Translations under genes and position numbers: made by a program
The notes under the pieces: model-generated
Databases searched by the model: none
Seen by the model: only the letters and a program-made list of their open reading frames with translations
Told to the model about the DNA's origin: nothing
Assembly: GCA_964526505.1 (NCBI GenBank)
Contig: CAZGJC010000004.1
Span: 1 to 63,118, forward strand
Origin: an uncultured Clostridium sp.
GTDB taxonomy: Bacteria; Bacillota; Clostridia; Oscillospirales; CAG-272
DNA: 63,118 bases
Reading direction: 5' to 3'
Part shown: piece by piece, positions 27,185-36,992 of the stretch
Numbering within the stretch: position 1 is the stretch's first letter
Layout of the letters: each line of letters starts with the position of its first letter

Positions 27185-30016
27185 ATGGCACAGGATATCG
27201 TAATAAGAGGAGCGAGAGTTCACAATCTCAAAAACGTAGACGTGGACATTCCGAGAGACAAACTTGTGGTTTTATCGGGTCTTTCGGGTTCGGGTAAGTC
27301 ATCGCTTGCTTTTGATACAATATATGCGGAGGGGCATAGGCGATTTGTGGAGTCGCTTTCGAGTTATGCGAGAATGTTCATCGGTCAGATGGACAAGCCC
27401 GACGTTGACGTTATAGAAGGGCTTTCGCCGTCTATTTCGATAGATCAGAAAACGACTTCGAAAAATCCACGTTCGACTGTCGGAACGGTTACCGAGATAT
27501 ACGACTATTTGCGTTTGCTGTATGCACGCATAGGTATACCTCACTGTCCCGTTTGCGGGAAAGAAATAAGCAGGCAGAGCGTTGACAGCATAATAGAACG
27601 CATATTGAAACTTCCAGAGGGTGAGCGTTTTATGGTGCTTGCACCTGTGGTGAGAGAAAAGAAGGGCATGCACGAGAAAGTACTTGCGGACGCAAAAAAG
27701 AGCGGATATGCACGTGTCAGAATTGACGGAAGCATATACGATTTAACGGAAGACATTAAACTTGACAAGAACAAAAAACATTCCGTTGAGATAGTTGTGG
27801 ACAGGCTTGTTATGAAGGACGGCATACGTTCACGTCTTGCGGATTCGGTGGAAAGTGCGTTATCCGAGGCTGACGGGCGGTTACTCGTAGTTACTTTGCC
27901 GAGGGACGGCGGTGAGGGTAAGGAGATGAGTTTTTCGCAGTCATACGCTTGCGATGAACACGGCATTTCCGCATCCGAACTTGAACCGAGAATGTTTTCT
28001 TTTAACAATCCGCAGGGGGCGTGTCCTCATTGTTCGGGTCTCGGAGAAACAAGACGAATTGCGATTGACAGGGTAATTCCCAACAGAGAATTATCGCTCA
28101 GGGGCGGTGCGATAAACGTAAACGGATTTAAGTCTTTGGAGGACGAAAGTTGGAACGGTCCGCTGTTTTTGGCGGTTGGCGAGCGTTTCGGATTTGACTT
28201 GAACACGCCGATAAAAGATTTTTCAAAACAGGCATACGACGTATTGATGTACGGAAGCGGAGACGAAAAATACGACGTTGTGAGGTATTTCGGCGGTCAG
28301 GCACACAGGCGACTTGCGACTTTTGACGGTGTTATACCCATGATAGAACAGAGAATGTCAATGGGAACGTCGGCGGAATACTACGAACAGTTTGTTGAAG
28401 AGGCACCTTGCGTATATTGCAAAGGGCAGAGATTAAATCAAACGTCGCTTGCGGTGACCGTTGGTGGGGTCAACATACACGATTTTTGCTCGAAGTCGGT
28501 ATCCGACGCACTTGATTTTATAAATTCGCTTGAACTGACTTCGACAGAAGCGGAAATTGCGAAGGAGATATTGAAAGAGATAAGGGCAAGGCTCGGATTT
28601 CTTGTCAGCGTCGGGCTTGAATATCTGACTCTTTCAAGAAAAGCCGGAACGCTTTCGGGCGGTGAGGCACAAAGAATAAGGCTTGCAACTCAAATAGGTT
28701 CGTCGCTTGTGGGTGTGCTTTATATACTCGACGAGCCGAGTATAGGTCTGCACCAAAGAGACAACTCGAAACTTATAGCAACACTCAAACGCTTACGTGA
28801 CATAGGAAATACCGTTATTGTTGTCGAGCATGACGAGGAGACTATGGAAGAGGCGGACTACATTGTTGACGTCGGTCCGGGTGCCGGTATTCACGGCGGT
28901 GAAGTTGTTGCCGTGGGAACGCCGGAAGAGGTCAAGAAAAATCCAAATTCTCTTACGGGTGCGTATCTTTCGGGCAGAAAGAAAATAGAGGTTCCGAGCG
29001 TCAGACGTCCCGGAAACGGTGCGTTCCTCACTGTTTTGGGTGCGGAAGAACACAATCTCAAACGTATTGACGTAAAGATACCGCTCGGGTGTTTTGTATG
29101 TATTACGGGTGTTTCGGGTTCGGGCAAGTCGTCGCTGGTAAACGGTATTATTTATCCGAAACTCGCAAACCAACTCAATCGTGCAATTACTTACCCGGGC
29201 AAAAACAAAGGAATCGAAGGTCTTGAAAATCTCGACAAGGTTATATGCATCGACCAAAGTCCGATAGGACGAACTCCACGTTCCAATCCCGCAACGTACA
29301 CGGGTTTATTTACGGATATAAGAGAGTTATTTGCACAGACAAGAGACGCAAAAGCGAAAGGCTACACGTCGGGAAGATTTTCGTTCAACGTAAAAGGCGG
29401 TCGTTGCGAGGCATGTGAGGGCGACGGCGTAAAGTGCATTGAAATGCATTTTCTGCCTGACGTATACGTAACTTGCGACATATGCAAAGGAAAACGATAC
29501 AACAAAGACACGCTTGAAGTAAAGTACAAGGACAAAAATATTTTCGACGTACTCGATATGACGGTTGAGGAGGGAATAACTTTCTTCGACGGATTGCCGA
29601 AAATACAGAGAAAGTTACAAACGCTTTACGACGTCGGTTTGGGTTACGTTAAAATAGGGCAGTCGTCTACCACGCTTTCGGGCGGTGAGGCACAAAGAGT
29701 TAAACTTGCGACGGAACTTTCAAAGCGAAGCACTGGCAAGACGATTTATATACTTGACGAACCGACGACCGGTCTACACACTGCCGACGTGGCGAAACTT
29801 CTACAAGTGCTTATGCGTTTATGCGACGCAGGCAATACGGTGCTTGTTATCGAACACAATCTTGACGTTATAAAGACGGCGGATTATATAATTGATTTAG
29901 GTCCCGAGGGGGGCGACGGCGGTGGACGGATTGTTGCCGAGGGAACGCCCGAAGAGGTTGCGGAAGTTGACGGGTCGTATACGGGGTGTTATTTGAAAAA
30001 GTGGCTTAAAAAGTAA
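27185..30016 (+). CDS. uvrA: Excinuclease ABC subunit A
   Basis: There are two ABC modules (GLSGSGKSS and GVSGSGKSS, with LSGGEAQR twice) and zinc modules ([21 protein letters not shown]). The start was set by homology to [20 protein letters not shown] 27164 and GTG 27143 are in-frame alternatives. Confidence 0.93.
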   Translation: MAQDIVIRGARVHNLKNVDVDIPRDKLVVLSGLSGSGKSSLAFDTIYAEGHRRFVESLSSYARMFIGQMDKPDVDVIEGLSPSISIDQKTTSKNPRSTVGTVTEIYDYLRLLYARIGIPHCPVCGKEISRQSVDSIIERILKLPEGERFMVLAPVVREKKGMHEKVLADAKKSGYARVRIDGSIYDLTEDIKLDKNKKHSVEIVVDRLVMKDGIRSRLADSVESALSEADGRLLVVTLPRDGGEGKEMSFSQSYACDEHGISASELEPRMFSFNNPQGACPHCSGLGETRRIAIDRVIPNRELSLRGGAINVNGFKSLEDESWNGPLFLAVGERFGFDLNTPIKDFSKQAYDVLMYGSGDEKYDVVRYFGGQAHRRLATFDGVIPMIEQRMSMGTSAEYYEQFVEEAPCVYCKGQRLNQTSLAVTVGGVNIHDFCSKSVSDALDFINSLELTSTEAEIAKEILKEIRARLGFLVSVGLEYLTLSRKAGTLSGGEAQRIRLATQIGSSLVGVLYILDEPSIGLHQRDNSKLIATLKRLRDIGNTVIVVEHDEETMEEADYIVDVGPGAGIHGGEVVAVGTPEEVKKNPNSLTGAYLSGRKKIEVPSVRRPGNGAFLTVLGAEEHNLKRIDVKIPLGCFVCITGVSGSGKSSLVNGIIYPKLANQLNRAITYPGKNKGIEGLENLDKVICIDQSPIGRTPRSNPATYTGLFTDIRELFAQTRDAKAKGYTSGRFSFNVKGGRCEACEGDGVKCIEMHFLPDVYVTCDICKGKRYNKDTLEVKYKDKNIFDVLDMTVEEGITFFDGLPKIQRKLQTLYDVGLGYVKIGQSSTTLSGGEAQRVKLATELSKRSTGKTIYILDEPTTGLHTADVAKLLQVLMRLCDAGNTVLVIEHNLDVIKTADYIIDLGPEGGDGGGRIVAEGTPEEVAEVDGSYTGCYLKKWLKK

Positions 30017-30096
30017 ACAAGGCGGTTTTCTCGTTTGCTTGGCATTTGGGAAAGATTACGGAAAGGATTCGTAAGCGTATGGAAAGAGGCGAAAAT

Positions 30097-30873
30097 ATGA
30101 AATATTCATATCACAATCACACGTACAGGTGCAATCACGCATCGGGTGAAGAGAGGGAGTATATAGAAAATGCCGTTAAGGCAGGGATTTGCGAGTTCGG
30201 ATTTGCCGACCACGTACCCATGCCGTTTGGCGGAGATTACTATTCATATTTTCGTATGAAGCCCGGCGAGGTTGACGGATATTTTTACGTTTTGGAAAAT
30301 TTAAGACGTGAGTATGCGTCGGACATAAAGATACGTATAGGATTCGAGGCCGAATATTATCCAGACGTATTTCCGAAAATGATTGATTTTATATCCGAAT
30401 ATCCATACGAGTATTTACTGCTCGGTCAGCATGCACTCGGAAACGAGGAGGGGGACATATACTGTTCAGGGGTATGTTCTGATGAGAGACAACTGAAAAG
30501 GTACGTCGATCAAGTTACGGATGGAATATCGACCGGCAAGTTTTTGTATTTGGCTCATCCCGATTTATTCAACTTTGACGGAGACGTGGGAACGTATGAG
30601 CGAGAGATGCGGAGGCTTTGTGTTTTTGCAAAGAATCACAACGTACCGCTCGAAGTAAACGTTTTGGGTTTGCGTGAGGGAAGAAATTATCCCAACGCAG
30701 ATTTTTGGAGAATTGCAGGGGAGATCGGATGTACGTCTATCATAGGAGCGGACGCACACACGCCGCTTGATGTCTATGATGAGAAAAACATCAAGCGTGC
30801 GGAGAGCATAGTCGAAAGATTCGGGCTTGAAATTATTGATTTTTCGGAGTTGCAAAAGTCTTTCGGAAAATAA
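30097..30873 (+). CDS. PHP-family histidinol-phosphatase-like hydrolase
   Basis: ATG at 30097 follows AAGAGG. The N-terminal motif is YHNHTYRCNHA, followed by GFADH and later AHPD/GADAH metal ligands. Confidence 0.65.
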   Translation: MKYSYHNHTYRCNHASGEEREYIENAVKAGICEFGFADHVPMPFGGDYYSYFRMKPGEVDGYFYVLENLRREYASDIKIRIGFEAEYYPDVFPKMIDFISEYPYEYLLLGQHALGNEEGDIYCSGVCSDERQLKRYVDQVTDGISTGKFLYLAHPDLFNFDGDVGTYEREMRRLCVFAKNHNVPLEVNVLGLREGRNYPNADFWRIAGEIGCTSIIGADAHTPLDVYDEKNIKRAESIVERFGLEIIDFSELQKSFGK

Positions 30874-30898
30874 TTAAAAGTGTTTGGAGAAAGTGTTT

Positions 30899-31927
30899 AT
30901 GATATATACCAAGCGGACAAAAAAAGCGATGAAATTGATATACGACGCACACGGTGGGCAGGTGGACAAGGCAGGGGTGCCTTACGTGTATCATCCTTTT
31001 CACGTTGCCGAACAGATGAGGGATGAGGACTCGACGCTTGTGGCTCTCCTACACGATCTGATTGAGGACACCGACGTGAGTATTGATTTTTTGCGAGAGG
31101 AATTCTCTGCCGAGGTTTGCAATGCGGTAGAGTTACTTACGAGAAAATCGGGAGAAGATTATTTTGATTATATACGCAGAGTCGGGAAAAATTCGCTTGC
31201 ACGAAGAGTTAAACTTGCGGATCTCGAACACAATTCGGATCTTACGAGGATTGGCGGAGAAACAGACGACGGCTCGAAAGAGAGAGTTGAAAAATACCGA
31301 ACGGCAAAAAAGATTTTGCTTGGAATGGCGAGTGAAGAATATTCCGCAGGACGTGGCGGTGTTGTTAAAACTCACGCACACCCGATAAAACATTTCAGGA
31401 CAATCACACGGCACAGGCACAAGGTAATAATTCACTGTTTTAAAGTGGGAATAGGTTTTCAGGGGCTGTTTCACGATTTATCAAAATATTCACCTACGGA
31501 ATTTATAGAGGGTGCAAAAAATTTTGTGGGGACGTACAGCCCGAATTCCCACGCACGAGAGATAAACGGTTACTCTGAGGCATGGCTTCATCACAAGGGC
31601 AGAAACAAGCATCATTTTGAATATTGGCGTGACATTGATATGGCAACAAGAAAATACGGTCCGATAAAGATGCCCGTCAGGTACGTTATGGAGATGTTTT
31701 GCGACAGAGTGGCGGCTTGTAAAATTTATCAAGGAAAAAATTATACCGACCGTTCCGCTCTCGACTACTACAAAAACGGCGGTGCAAGGGAAAAAATGCA
31801 TCCCGAAACCGCAGATTTACTTGAATATTGGATGATTATGCTCTCCGAGCGTGGAGAGTCGGAAACGTTTGACTACATAAAAAAATATTACGCCGAAAGC
31901 AAGCGGAAAAAGTCAAAAAAATCATAA
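30899..31927 (+). CDS. Fusion protein: RelA/SpoT-type HD (alarmone hydrolase-like) domain plus a His-rich C-terminal domain of unknown function (DUF5662-like)
   Basis: The N-terminal ~130 aa read YVYHPFHVAEQM...ALLHDLIEDT...KLADLEHN. The C-terminal ~190 aa read KHFRTITRHRHKV, GLFHDLSKY, WLHHKGRNKHHFEYW and CDRVAACKIY. The start is ATG 30899 after GGAGAAAG; TTG 30884 is an alternative. Confidence 0.6.
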   Translation: MIYTKRTKKAMKLIYDAHGGQVDKAGVPYVYHPFHVAEQMRDEDSTLVALLHDLIEDTDVSIDFLREEFSAEVCNAVELLTRKSGEDYFDYIRRVGKNSLARRVKLADLEHNSDLTRIGGETDDGSKERVEKYRTAKKILLGMASEEYSAGRGGVVKTHAHPIKHFRTITRHRHKVIIHCFKVGIGFQGLFHDLSKYSPTEFIEGAKNFVGTYSPNSHAREINGYSEAWLHHKGRNKHHFEYWRDIDMATRKYGPIKMPVRYVMEMFCDRVAACKIYQGKNYTDRSALDYYKNGGAREKMHPETADLLEYWMIMLSERGESETFDYIKKYYAESKRKKSKKS

Positions 31928-31984
31928 AACACAATCGCTTCTCATACTATTATGCAGATAATGGAGAGGAGCGATTTTTTTATT

Positions 31985-33181
31985 ATGGCATACAAGATTA
32001 TTTGTGTTTTACTTGCACTTTTACTGTTTTCTTTTTCGGCAAATGCCACGGGTTACAATATTATAAGCGACGCAGTGCTTATATCAAACGGCGACGCCGG
32101 TGATGCGGACGGCGAAGTTGAGAGTGCGGAGTTTGACTGCAAAAGTGCAATTCTTATGGAGGCAAACACGGGGAAAATAATATATTCCCAAAATGCGGAC
32201 GAAGCGTTGACTCCTGCGTCGGTTACAAAGGTTATGACGCTTTTACTTGTTATGGAAGCGATAGACGAGGGCAGAATCAAACTTGATGACATGGTGGTGA
32301 CAAGTGAGAGAGCGTCATCAATGGGAGGGTCTCAAATTTTCCTTGAAGTCGGGGAGAGAATGACGGTTGAAGATATGCTCAAAAGCGTGATTATTGCGTC
32401 CGCAAACGACGCCGCTTGTGCATTGGCGGAGTTTTGCGAGGGCAGTGAGGAGTCGTTTGTGGGGAAGATGAACGCACGAGCGAAAGAACTCGGAATGGAA
32501 AACACGCATTTTGAAAACACAAACGGGCTTGACGATTCTGTTGAAAATCACAAGACAAGTGCAAAGGACATTGCGATTATGTCACGTGAACTCATACGTC
32601 ACGAGAAAATTTTGGAGTACAGTTCGATATGGATGGATACCATTCGAGGCGGTGCGTTCGGGCTTACAAACACAAACAGGCTTGTTAAATTTTACAACGG
32701 TTGCACGGGACTGAAAACGGGATCGACAGACAAAGCGGGATTTTGCATAAGTGCCACTGCCAAGCGTGGAGAAACGTCGCTTATATGTGTGGTTATGGGT
32801 GCGTCAACCAGAGACGAGAGAAATAAAATTGCGACGACTTTGCTTGACAGGGGATTTGCAAAATATGAAGTTTACGTCTCACGTGGTGAAAAGATAACGG
32901 ACGTGCCGATACTCGGAGCGTTTGAAAAATATATACGTGCCGAATATGAAGATTTCGAATATTTGGCACCTAAGGGATATGCCGAGAAAATATCAAAAAA
33001 GATAATTTTAGAAGATGATTTATCTGCACCTCTGGCAAAGGGAGAGGTTATAGGACGGGTAAGTTACTTTATCGGAGAGAGGGAGATAGGAAGTGTGAAT
33101 ATACTGTCTGTTGAAAACGTAGACAAGATTGGTTATTTTGAACTTCTTTTGAGGGCTATTTCACGATATTTTCTTAAATAA
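31985..33181 (+). CDS. D-alanyl-D-alanine carboxypeptidase (PBP5/DacB/DacF family)
   Basis: A signal peptide is followed by SxxK (ASVTKVMT), SxN (SANDAA) and KTG (KTGST). The start is uncertain (31952, 31961 or 31985). Confidence 0.85.
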   Translation: MAYKIICVLLALLLFSFSANATGYNIISDAVLISNGDAGDADGEVESAEFDCKSAILMEANTGKIIYSQNADEALTPASVTKVMTLLLVMEAIDEGRIKLDDMVVTSERASSMGGSQIFLEVGERMTVEDMLKSVIIASANDAACALAEFCEGSEESFVGKMNARAKELGMENTHFENTNGLDDSVENHKTSAKDIAIMSRELIRHEKILEYSSIWMDTIRGGAFGLTNTNRLVKFYNGCTGLKTGSTDKAGFCISATAKRGETSLICVVMGASTRDERNKIATTLLDRGFAKYEVYVSRGEKITDVPILGAFEKYIRAEYEDFEYLAPKGYAEKISKKIILEDDLSAPLAKGEVIGRVSYFIGEREIGSVNILSVENVDKIGYFELLLRAISRYFLK

Positions 33182-33220
33182 TTTGTGTATATTTATATAT
33201 CGTATTTTACGGTAAATCTA

Positions 33221-33249
33221 TTGAAAAAACCTATGTTTTGTGTTATAAT
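33221..33249 (+). promoter_or_regulatory. Sigma-A promoter upstream of pgi
   Basis: TTGAAA, 17 nt, TATAAT, with a TGT extended -10. Confidence 0.55.
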
Positions 33250-33294
33250 TGACATATAAACTCGGAAGTGCGATGCACGGAAAGGACTATGAAA

Positions 33295-34632
33295 ATGTCT
33301 GTAAAATTAAATGACAAATATCTTGCGAATTTTGTGGGGGACGGAGAGTATGCTTGTATACGTCCTCTTGTAGATATGGCACACGAACAACTCAGAAACA
33401 GGAGCGGTGCGGGAAACGATTTTCTCGGTTGGGTAGATCTTCCCGAAAACTATGACAAAGAAGAATTCGGTCGCATAAAAGTCGCCGCAGAAAAGATAAA
33501 AAAGAATTGTGATGTATTCATAGTTATAGGTATCGGAGGTTCGTATCTCGGTGCAAGAGCGGTTATAGAATTGCTCAAATCTCCGAATTATAACAATTTA
33601 AAAAAGAACACTCCCGATATTTATTTTGCCGGTCGTGACATCAGTGCGTCATCGCTTTCGGAACTTCTCGAAATTTGCGAGGGTCGTGACGTATGCATAA
33701 ACGTAATATCCAAATCGGGTACTACCACGGAGCCTGCCGTTGCATTCAGAGTGTTCAGAAAGATGCTTGAAGACAAATACGGAATTGACGGTGCAAGAGA
33801 GAGAATCTTTGTTACTACCGACAAAGCAAGGGGTTCTCTCAAAGGTTTTGCGGATCGCATGGGATACGACACTTACGTTGTTCCGGACGACGTTGGCGGA
33901 AGATTTTCGGTTTTGACGGCGGTTGGTCTTCTTCCGATAGCCGTTGCCGGAATTGACATTGACGAACTTATGCGTGGTGCGGCTGACGCCCGAGTTGCAT
34001 ATTCGATAAACGACATAGAGAAGAACGACGCTTACAGATATGCGGCAATAAGAAATATTTTATACAACAAGGGCAAAAACACCGAAATACTTGCTGGATA
34101 CGAAGAATTTGCGAGAATGTTCAGCGAATGGTGGAAGCAGTTATACGGTGAGAGCGAGGGCAAGGACCTGAAGGGAATTTTCCCTGCGTCCGTCATATTC
34201 TCAACAGACCTGCATTCGCTCGGTCAGTACATTCAGGACGGAATGAGAAACCTGTTTGAAACGGTAATTTCGTTTAATGAGACGGGTGCGTCGTTTGAAA
34301 TTCCCTATGATGAGGAAAACATCGACGGGCTTAATTTTGTGGCAAACGTTGATTTGAACACGGTTAAAAAACTTGCAATGCAGGGAACTTTGCTTGCACA
34401 CGTAGACGGCGGTGTTCCCAATATTCTTATCGAAGTTGCCGACAGAAGTGCGTACAGTGCCGGATATCTTATTTATTTCTTTGAGATTGCCTGTGCGATT
34501 TCGGGATATATGCTCGGCGTTAATCCTTTCAACCAGCCCGGTGTTGAGGCATACAAGAAGAATATGTTCGCACTGCTCGGAAAACCGGGTTACGAGGATA
34601 TGAAAGCCGAACTCGAAAGTCGTCTCAAATAA
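33295..34632 (+). CDS. pgi: Glucose-6-phosphate isomerase (short Firmicute type)
   Basis: ~445 aa with [35 protein letters not shown] and GESEGK. Confidence 0.93.
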   Translation: MSVKLNDKYLANFVGDGEYACIRPLVDMAHEQLRNRSGAGNDFLGWVDLPENYDKEEFGRIKVAAEKIKKNCDVFIVIGIGGSYLGARAVIELLKSPNYNNLKKNTPDIYFAGRDISASSLSELLEICEGRDVCINVISKSGTTTEPAVAFRVFRKMLEDKYGIDGARERIFVTTDKARGSLKGFADRMGYDTYVVPDDVGGRFSVLTAVGLLPIAVAGIDIDELMRGAADARVAYSINDIEKNDAYRYAAIRNILYNKGKNTEILAGYEEFARMFSEWWKQLYGESEGKDLKGIFPASVIFSTDLHSLGQYIQDGMRNLFETVISFNETGASFEIPYDEENIDGLNFVANVDLNTVKKLAMQGTLLAHVDGGVPNILIEVADRSAYSAGYLIYFFEIACAISGYMLGVNPFNQPGVEAYKKNMFALLGKPGYEDMKAELESRLK

Positions 34633-34665
34633 TTGTAAAAAATCAAACAAATTGCAATATAGCAC

Positions 34666-34694
34666 TTGAAAAAAAGAGTTTTTTGTGTTATAAT
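34666..34694 (+). promoter_or_regulatory. Sigma-A promoter upstream of the small P-loop gene
   Basis: TTGAAA (34666-34671), 17 nt, TATAAT (34689-34694), with a TGT extended -10. It leaves a leader of about 95 nt. Confidence 0.55.
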
Positions 34695-34794
34695 ATAAAA
34701 AACATCTCCGAGAACCGAAACGTTTTGGTTAAAGGTATGGAAAATTAAAATTATTTTATATAAAGTCGTGCAGGCACGGCGAGGAGGTTAAGTT

Positions 34795-35202
34795 ATGTTG
34801 AAACTTATTATCGGTGTTAAAGGTACAGGAAAAACGAAAGCCCTTATCAACACAGTAAACGAAGCGGCTGAAAAGTCACAGGGAACTGTTGTTTGTATTG
34901 AAAAGGGTACAGGACTTCGTTTTGACGTTAAATACAGCGTAAGACTTATAAATACTAACGAATATCTTATTTTTGACGCAGACGCACTTTACGGATTCAT
35001 TGCCGGTATTCTTGCAAGCAACCACGACGTAACCGACGTTTTCGTTGATTCCGCACTCAAAATCGCAAACAACGATATATCGGAATTCGACACGCTTGTA
35101 AAGGAAATCGACGAACTTTCCAACAAGGTTGGCGTAAACATCGTTATGACATCTTCTATCCCCGTAGAGGAAGCAAGCGACATCGTAAAGAAATACATCT
35201 GA
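34795..35202 (+). CDS. Minimal P-loop NTPase-like protein, 135 aa, function unknown
   Basis: A strong SD GAGGAGG precedes the start. Walker A-like GVKGTGKT is at residues 7-14 and a Walker B-like hhhhD (TDVFVDS) is near residue 85. No other domain is present. Confidence 0.55.
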   Translation: MLKLIIGVKGTGKTKALINTVNEAAEKSQGTVVCIEKGTGLRFDVKYSVRLINTNEYLIFDADALYGFIAGILASNHDVTDVFVDSALKIANNDISEFDTLVKEIDELSNKVGVNIVMTSSIPVEEASDIVKKYI

Positions 35203-35218
35203 TTTTCGGAAATACAAT

Positions 35219-35257
35219 CCTTCCGCCTGTGACTTTTGACGGGCGGAAGGGTCTTTC
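35219..35257 (+). terminator. Terminator hairpin 1 after the P-loop gene
   Basis: CCTTCCGCC pairs with GGCGGAAGG; the T-tract is weak (GTCTTTC). Confidence 0.55.
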
Positions 35258-35268
35258 ATATACAGACT

Positions 35269-35299
35269 TACTTGGGGGTGACCCCGAGTATTTGTTTTT
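35269..35299 (+). terminator. Terminator hairpin 2
   Basis: TACTTGGGG pairs with CCCCGAGTA (one G-U), followed by TTTGTTTTT. Confidence 0.65.
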
Positions 35300-35322
35300 A
35301 AAGGTGATTATTGAGGCTTAAT

Positions 35323-35805
35323 ATGAATATTCAAATTTTAAATTTACTCGCCAAAAACGCACGGTACACGCTTGAAGAACTTTCGGTCATGACGGGACTT
35401 GACTCGGGCGTTGTGGAAGAGAATATAAAAGAACTCGAAAATGCAGGTCTTATAAGGGGTTACAAAACCGTTATCGACTGGGAAAAACTTGACAATGCGT
35501 GTGTATCCGCTCTTATCGAACTCAAAGTTATACCGCAGGACAAATACGGGTTTGAAAAAGTGGCGGAGGACATAATGAAATACAGCGAGGTTGAATCCGT
35601 ATATCTTATGTCCGGTACGTATGACCTTTGCGTTATCGTTAAAGGCAGAACGTTCCAAGAGGTCGCTATGTTCGTCTCAAAAGAACTTGCAACGAAAAAG
35701 GAAATTACATCGACAGCCACGCACTTTGTTCTTAGAAGATACAAGGAACTTGACGTTGAACTTGTAAGTACGCAGAGCGACGACAGAGGGGCATACTCCT
35801 TATGA
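35323..35805 (+). CDS. Lrp/AsnC-family transcriptional regulator (AlaR/YugG-like context)
   Basis: An N-terminal wHTH (ILNLLAKNARYTLEELSVMTGLDSGVVEENIKELENAGLIRGY) is followed by a RAM/AsnC ligand domain. It overlaps the downstream aminotransferase gene by ATGA. Confidence 0.85.
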   Translation: MNIQILNLLAKNARYTLEELSVMTGLDSGVVEENIKELENAGLIRGYKTVIDWEKLDNACVSALIELKVIPQDKYGFEKVAEDIMKYSEVESVYLMSGTYDLCVIVKGRTFQEVAMFVSKELATKKEITSTATHFVLRRYKELDVELVSTQSDDRGAYSL

Positions 35806-36977
35806 TTGATTATCAAAAGATTTTGAACCCCACGGTTTGCAAAGATATCAAGCCATCGGGCATACGAAAGTTTTTTGATATTGCAAACAGCATGGAGGGG
35901 GTCATATCCCTCGGCGTGGGCGAACCTGATTTTCCGACTCCGTGGCATATCAGAAGTGCCGGAATTGCGTCGCTTGAACAGAGCAAAACAAGGTACACGG
36001 CAAATGCCGGGCTTATGGACCTACGACTTGAAGTTTGCAATTTTGCAAAGAGAAAATACGGTCTTAACTACAATCCCACGGGGGAGGTACTCATAACCGT
36101 CGGCGGAAGTGAGGGTATAGACAATGCAATTCGTGCAATTGTTTCTCCCGGAGACGAGGTAATAATTCCGCAACCGAGTTTCGTGTGTTACGAGCCTTTG
36201 GTAAGGCTTGCCGGAGGTATACCTGTTATATTGGAACTCAAAGCGGAAAATGAGTTCAGGCTTACTCCGTCGCAACTCAAAGAGAAGTTGACCGACAAGA
36301 CAAAACTGCTTGTATTTCCTTTTCCATGCAATCCGACAGGTGCGATTATGGAAAAGTCCGATCTTGATGGTATAGCGGAGGTTTTGAGGGATACCGACGT
36401 ATGTGTGCTGTCCGATGAGATTTATTCGGAACTGACTTACGGAGACGGAAATCACGTATCTTTGGCGTCGATTGACGGCATGCGTGAGAGAACGATTGTC
36501 ATAAACGGATTTTCCAAAACCTATTCTATGACGGGGTGGAGACTCGGATACGTTCTCGCTCCCGAACCCATTATAAGTCAGATGACGAAAATTCATCAAT
36601 TTGCAATTATGAGTGCTCCGACGACTTCGCAGTTTGCCGCAGTCGAGGCGTTAAGATACGGAGACGGAGACATTGAGCGTATGAAAGAAGAATACGACGT
36701 AAGACGCAGGATAATGGTTAACGGCTTCCGTCAACTCGGAATGGACTGTTTTGAGCCGAAGGGGGCGTTTTATGCATTTCCGTCCATTAAAATTTCGGGT
36801 CTTTCAAGTGATGAATTCTGCGAGAGATTACTTTATTCGAAAAAGGTTGCGGTTGTTCCCGGCAATGCGTTCGGTGAGTCGGGAGAGGGATTTATTCGTG
36901 CGTCGTACTGTTATTCGACGGAACACATAAAAGAGGCAATATCGAGAATAGGTCAATTTTTTAAGGAAATCAAATGA
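35802..36977 (+). CDS. Class I/II PLP-dependent aminotransferase (AlaT/YugH-like)
   Basis: 391 aa with the motifs GEPDFPTP, NPTG and SKTYSMTGWRLGY (PLP lysine). The pairing with an Lrp-type regulator matches B. subtilis alaR-alaT. Confidence 0.8.
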   Translation: MIDYQKILNPTVCKDIKPSGIRKFFDIANSMEGVISLGVGEPDFPTPWHIRSAGIASLEQSKTRYTANAGLMDLRLEVCNFAKRKYGLNYNPTGEVLITVGGSEGIDNAIRAIVSPGDEVIIPQPSFVCYEPLVRLAGGIPVILELKAENEFRLTPSQLKEKLTDKTKLLVFPFPCNPTGAIMEKSDLDGIAEVLRDTDVCVLSDEIYSELTYGDGNHVSLASIDGMRERTIVINGFSKTYSMTGWRLGYVLAPEPIISQMTKIHQFAIMSAPTTSQFAAVEALRYGDGDIERMKEEYDVRRRIMVNGFRQLGMDCFEPKGAFYAFPSIKISGLSSDEFCERLLYSKKVAVVPGNAFGESGEGFIRASYCYSTEHIKEAISRIGQFFKEIK

Positions 36978-36992
36978 ATTTGAGGTAGGAAT

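Noticed and set aside
28651-29698. 25-nt perfect direct repeat GCTTTCGGGCGGTGAGGCACAAAGA at 28651-28675 and 29674-29698
   Set aside because: Both copies encode the ABC signature LSGGEAQR of the two nucleotide-binding modules of UvrA. This is an intragenic domain duplication with identical codon choice, not a mobile or regulatory repeat.
33221-34694. Near-identical promoter sequences flanking pgi (TTGAAAAAA...GTTTTGTGTTATAAT at 33221-33249 and 34666-34694)
   Set aside because: The similarity is confined to the -35 hexamer, an A-tract and the extended -10 (TGTTATAAT). The rimM and pncB promoters share these too. This reflects the organism's promoter consensus rather than a duplicated element.
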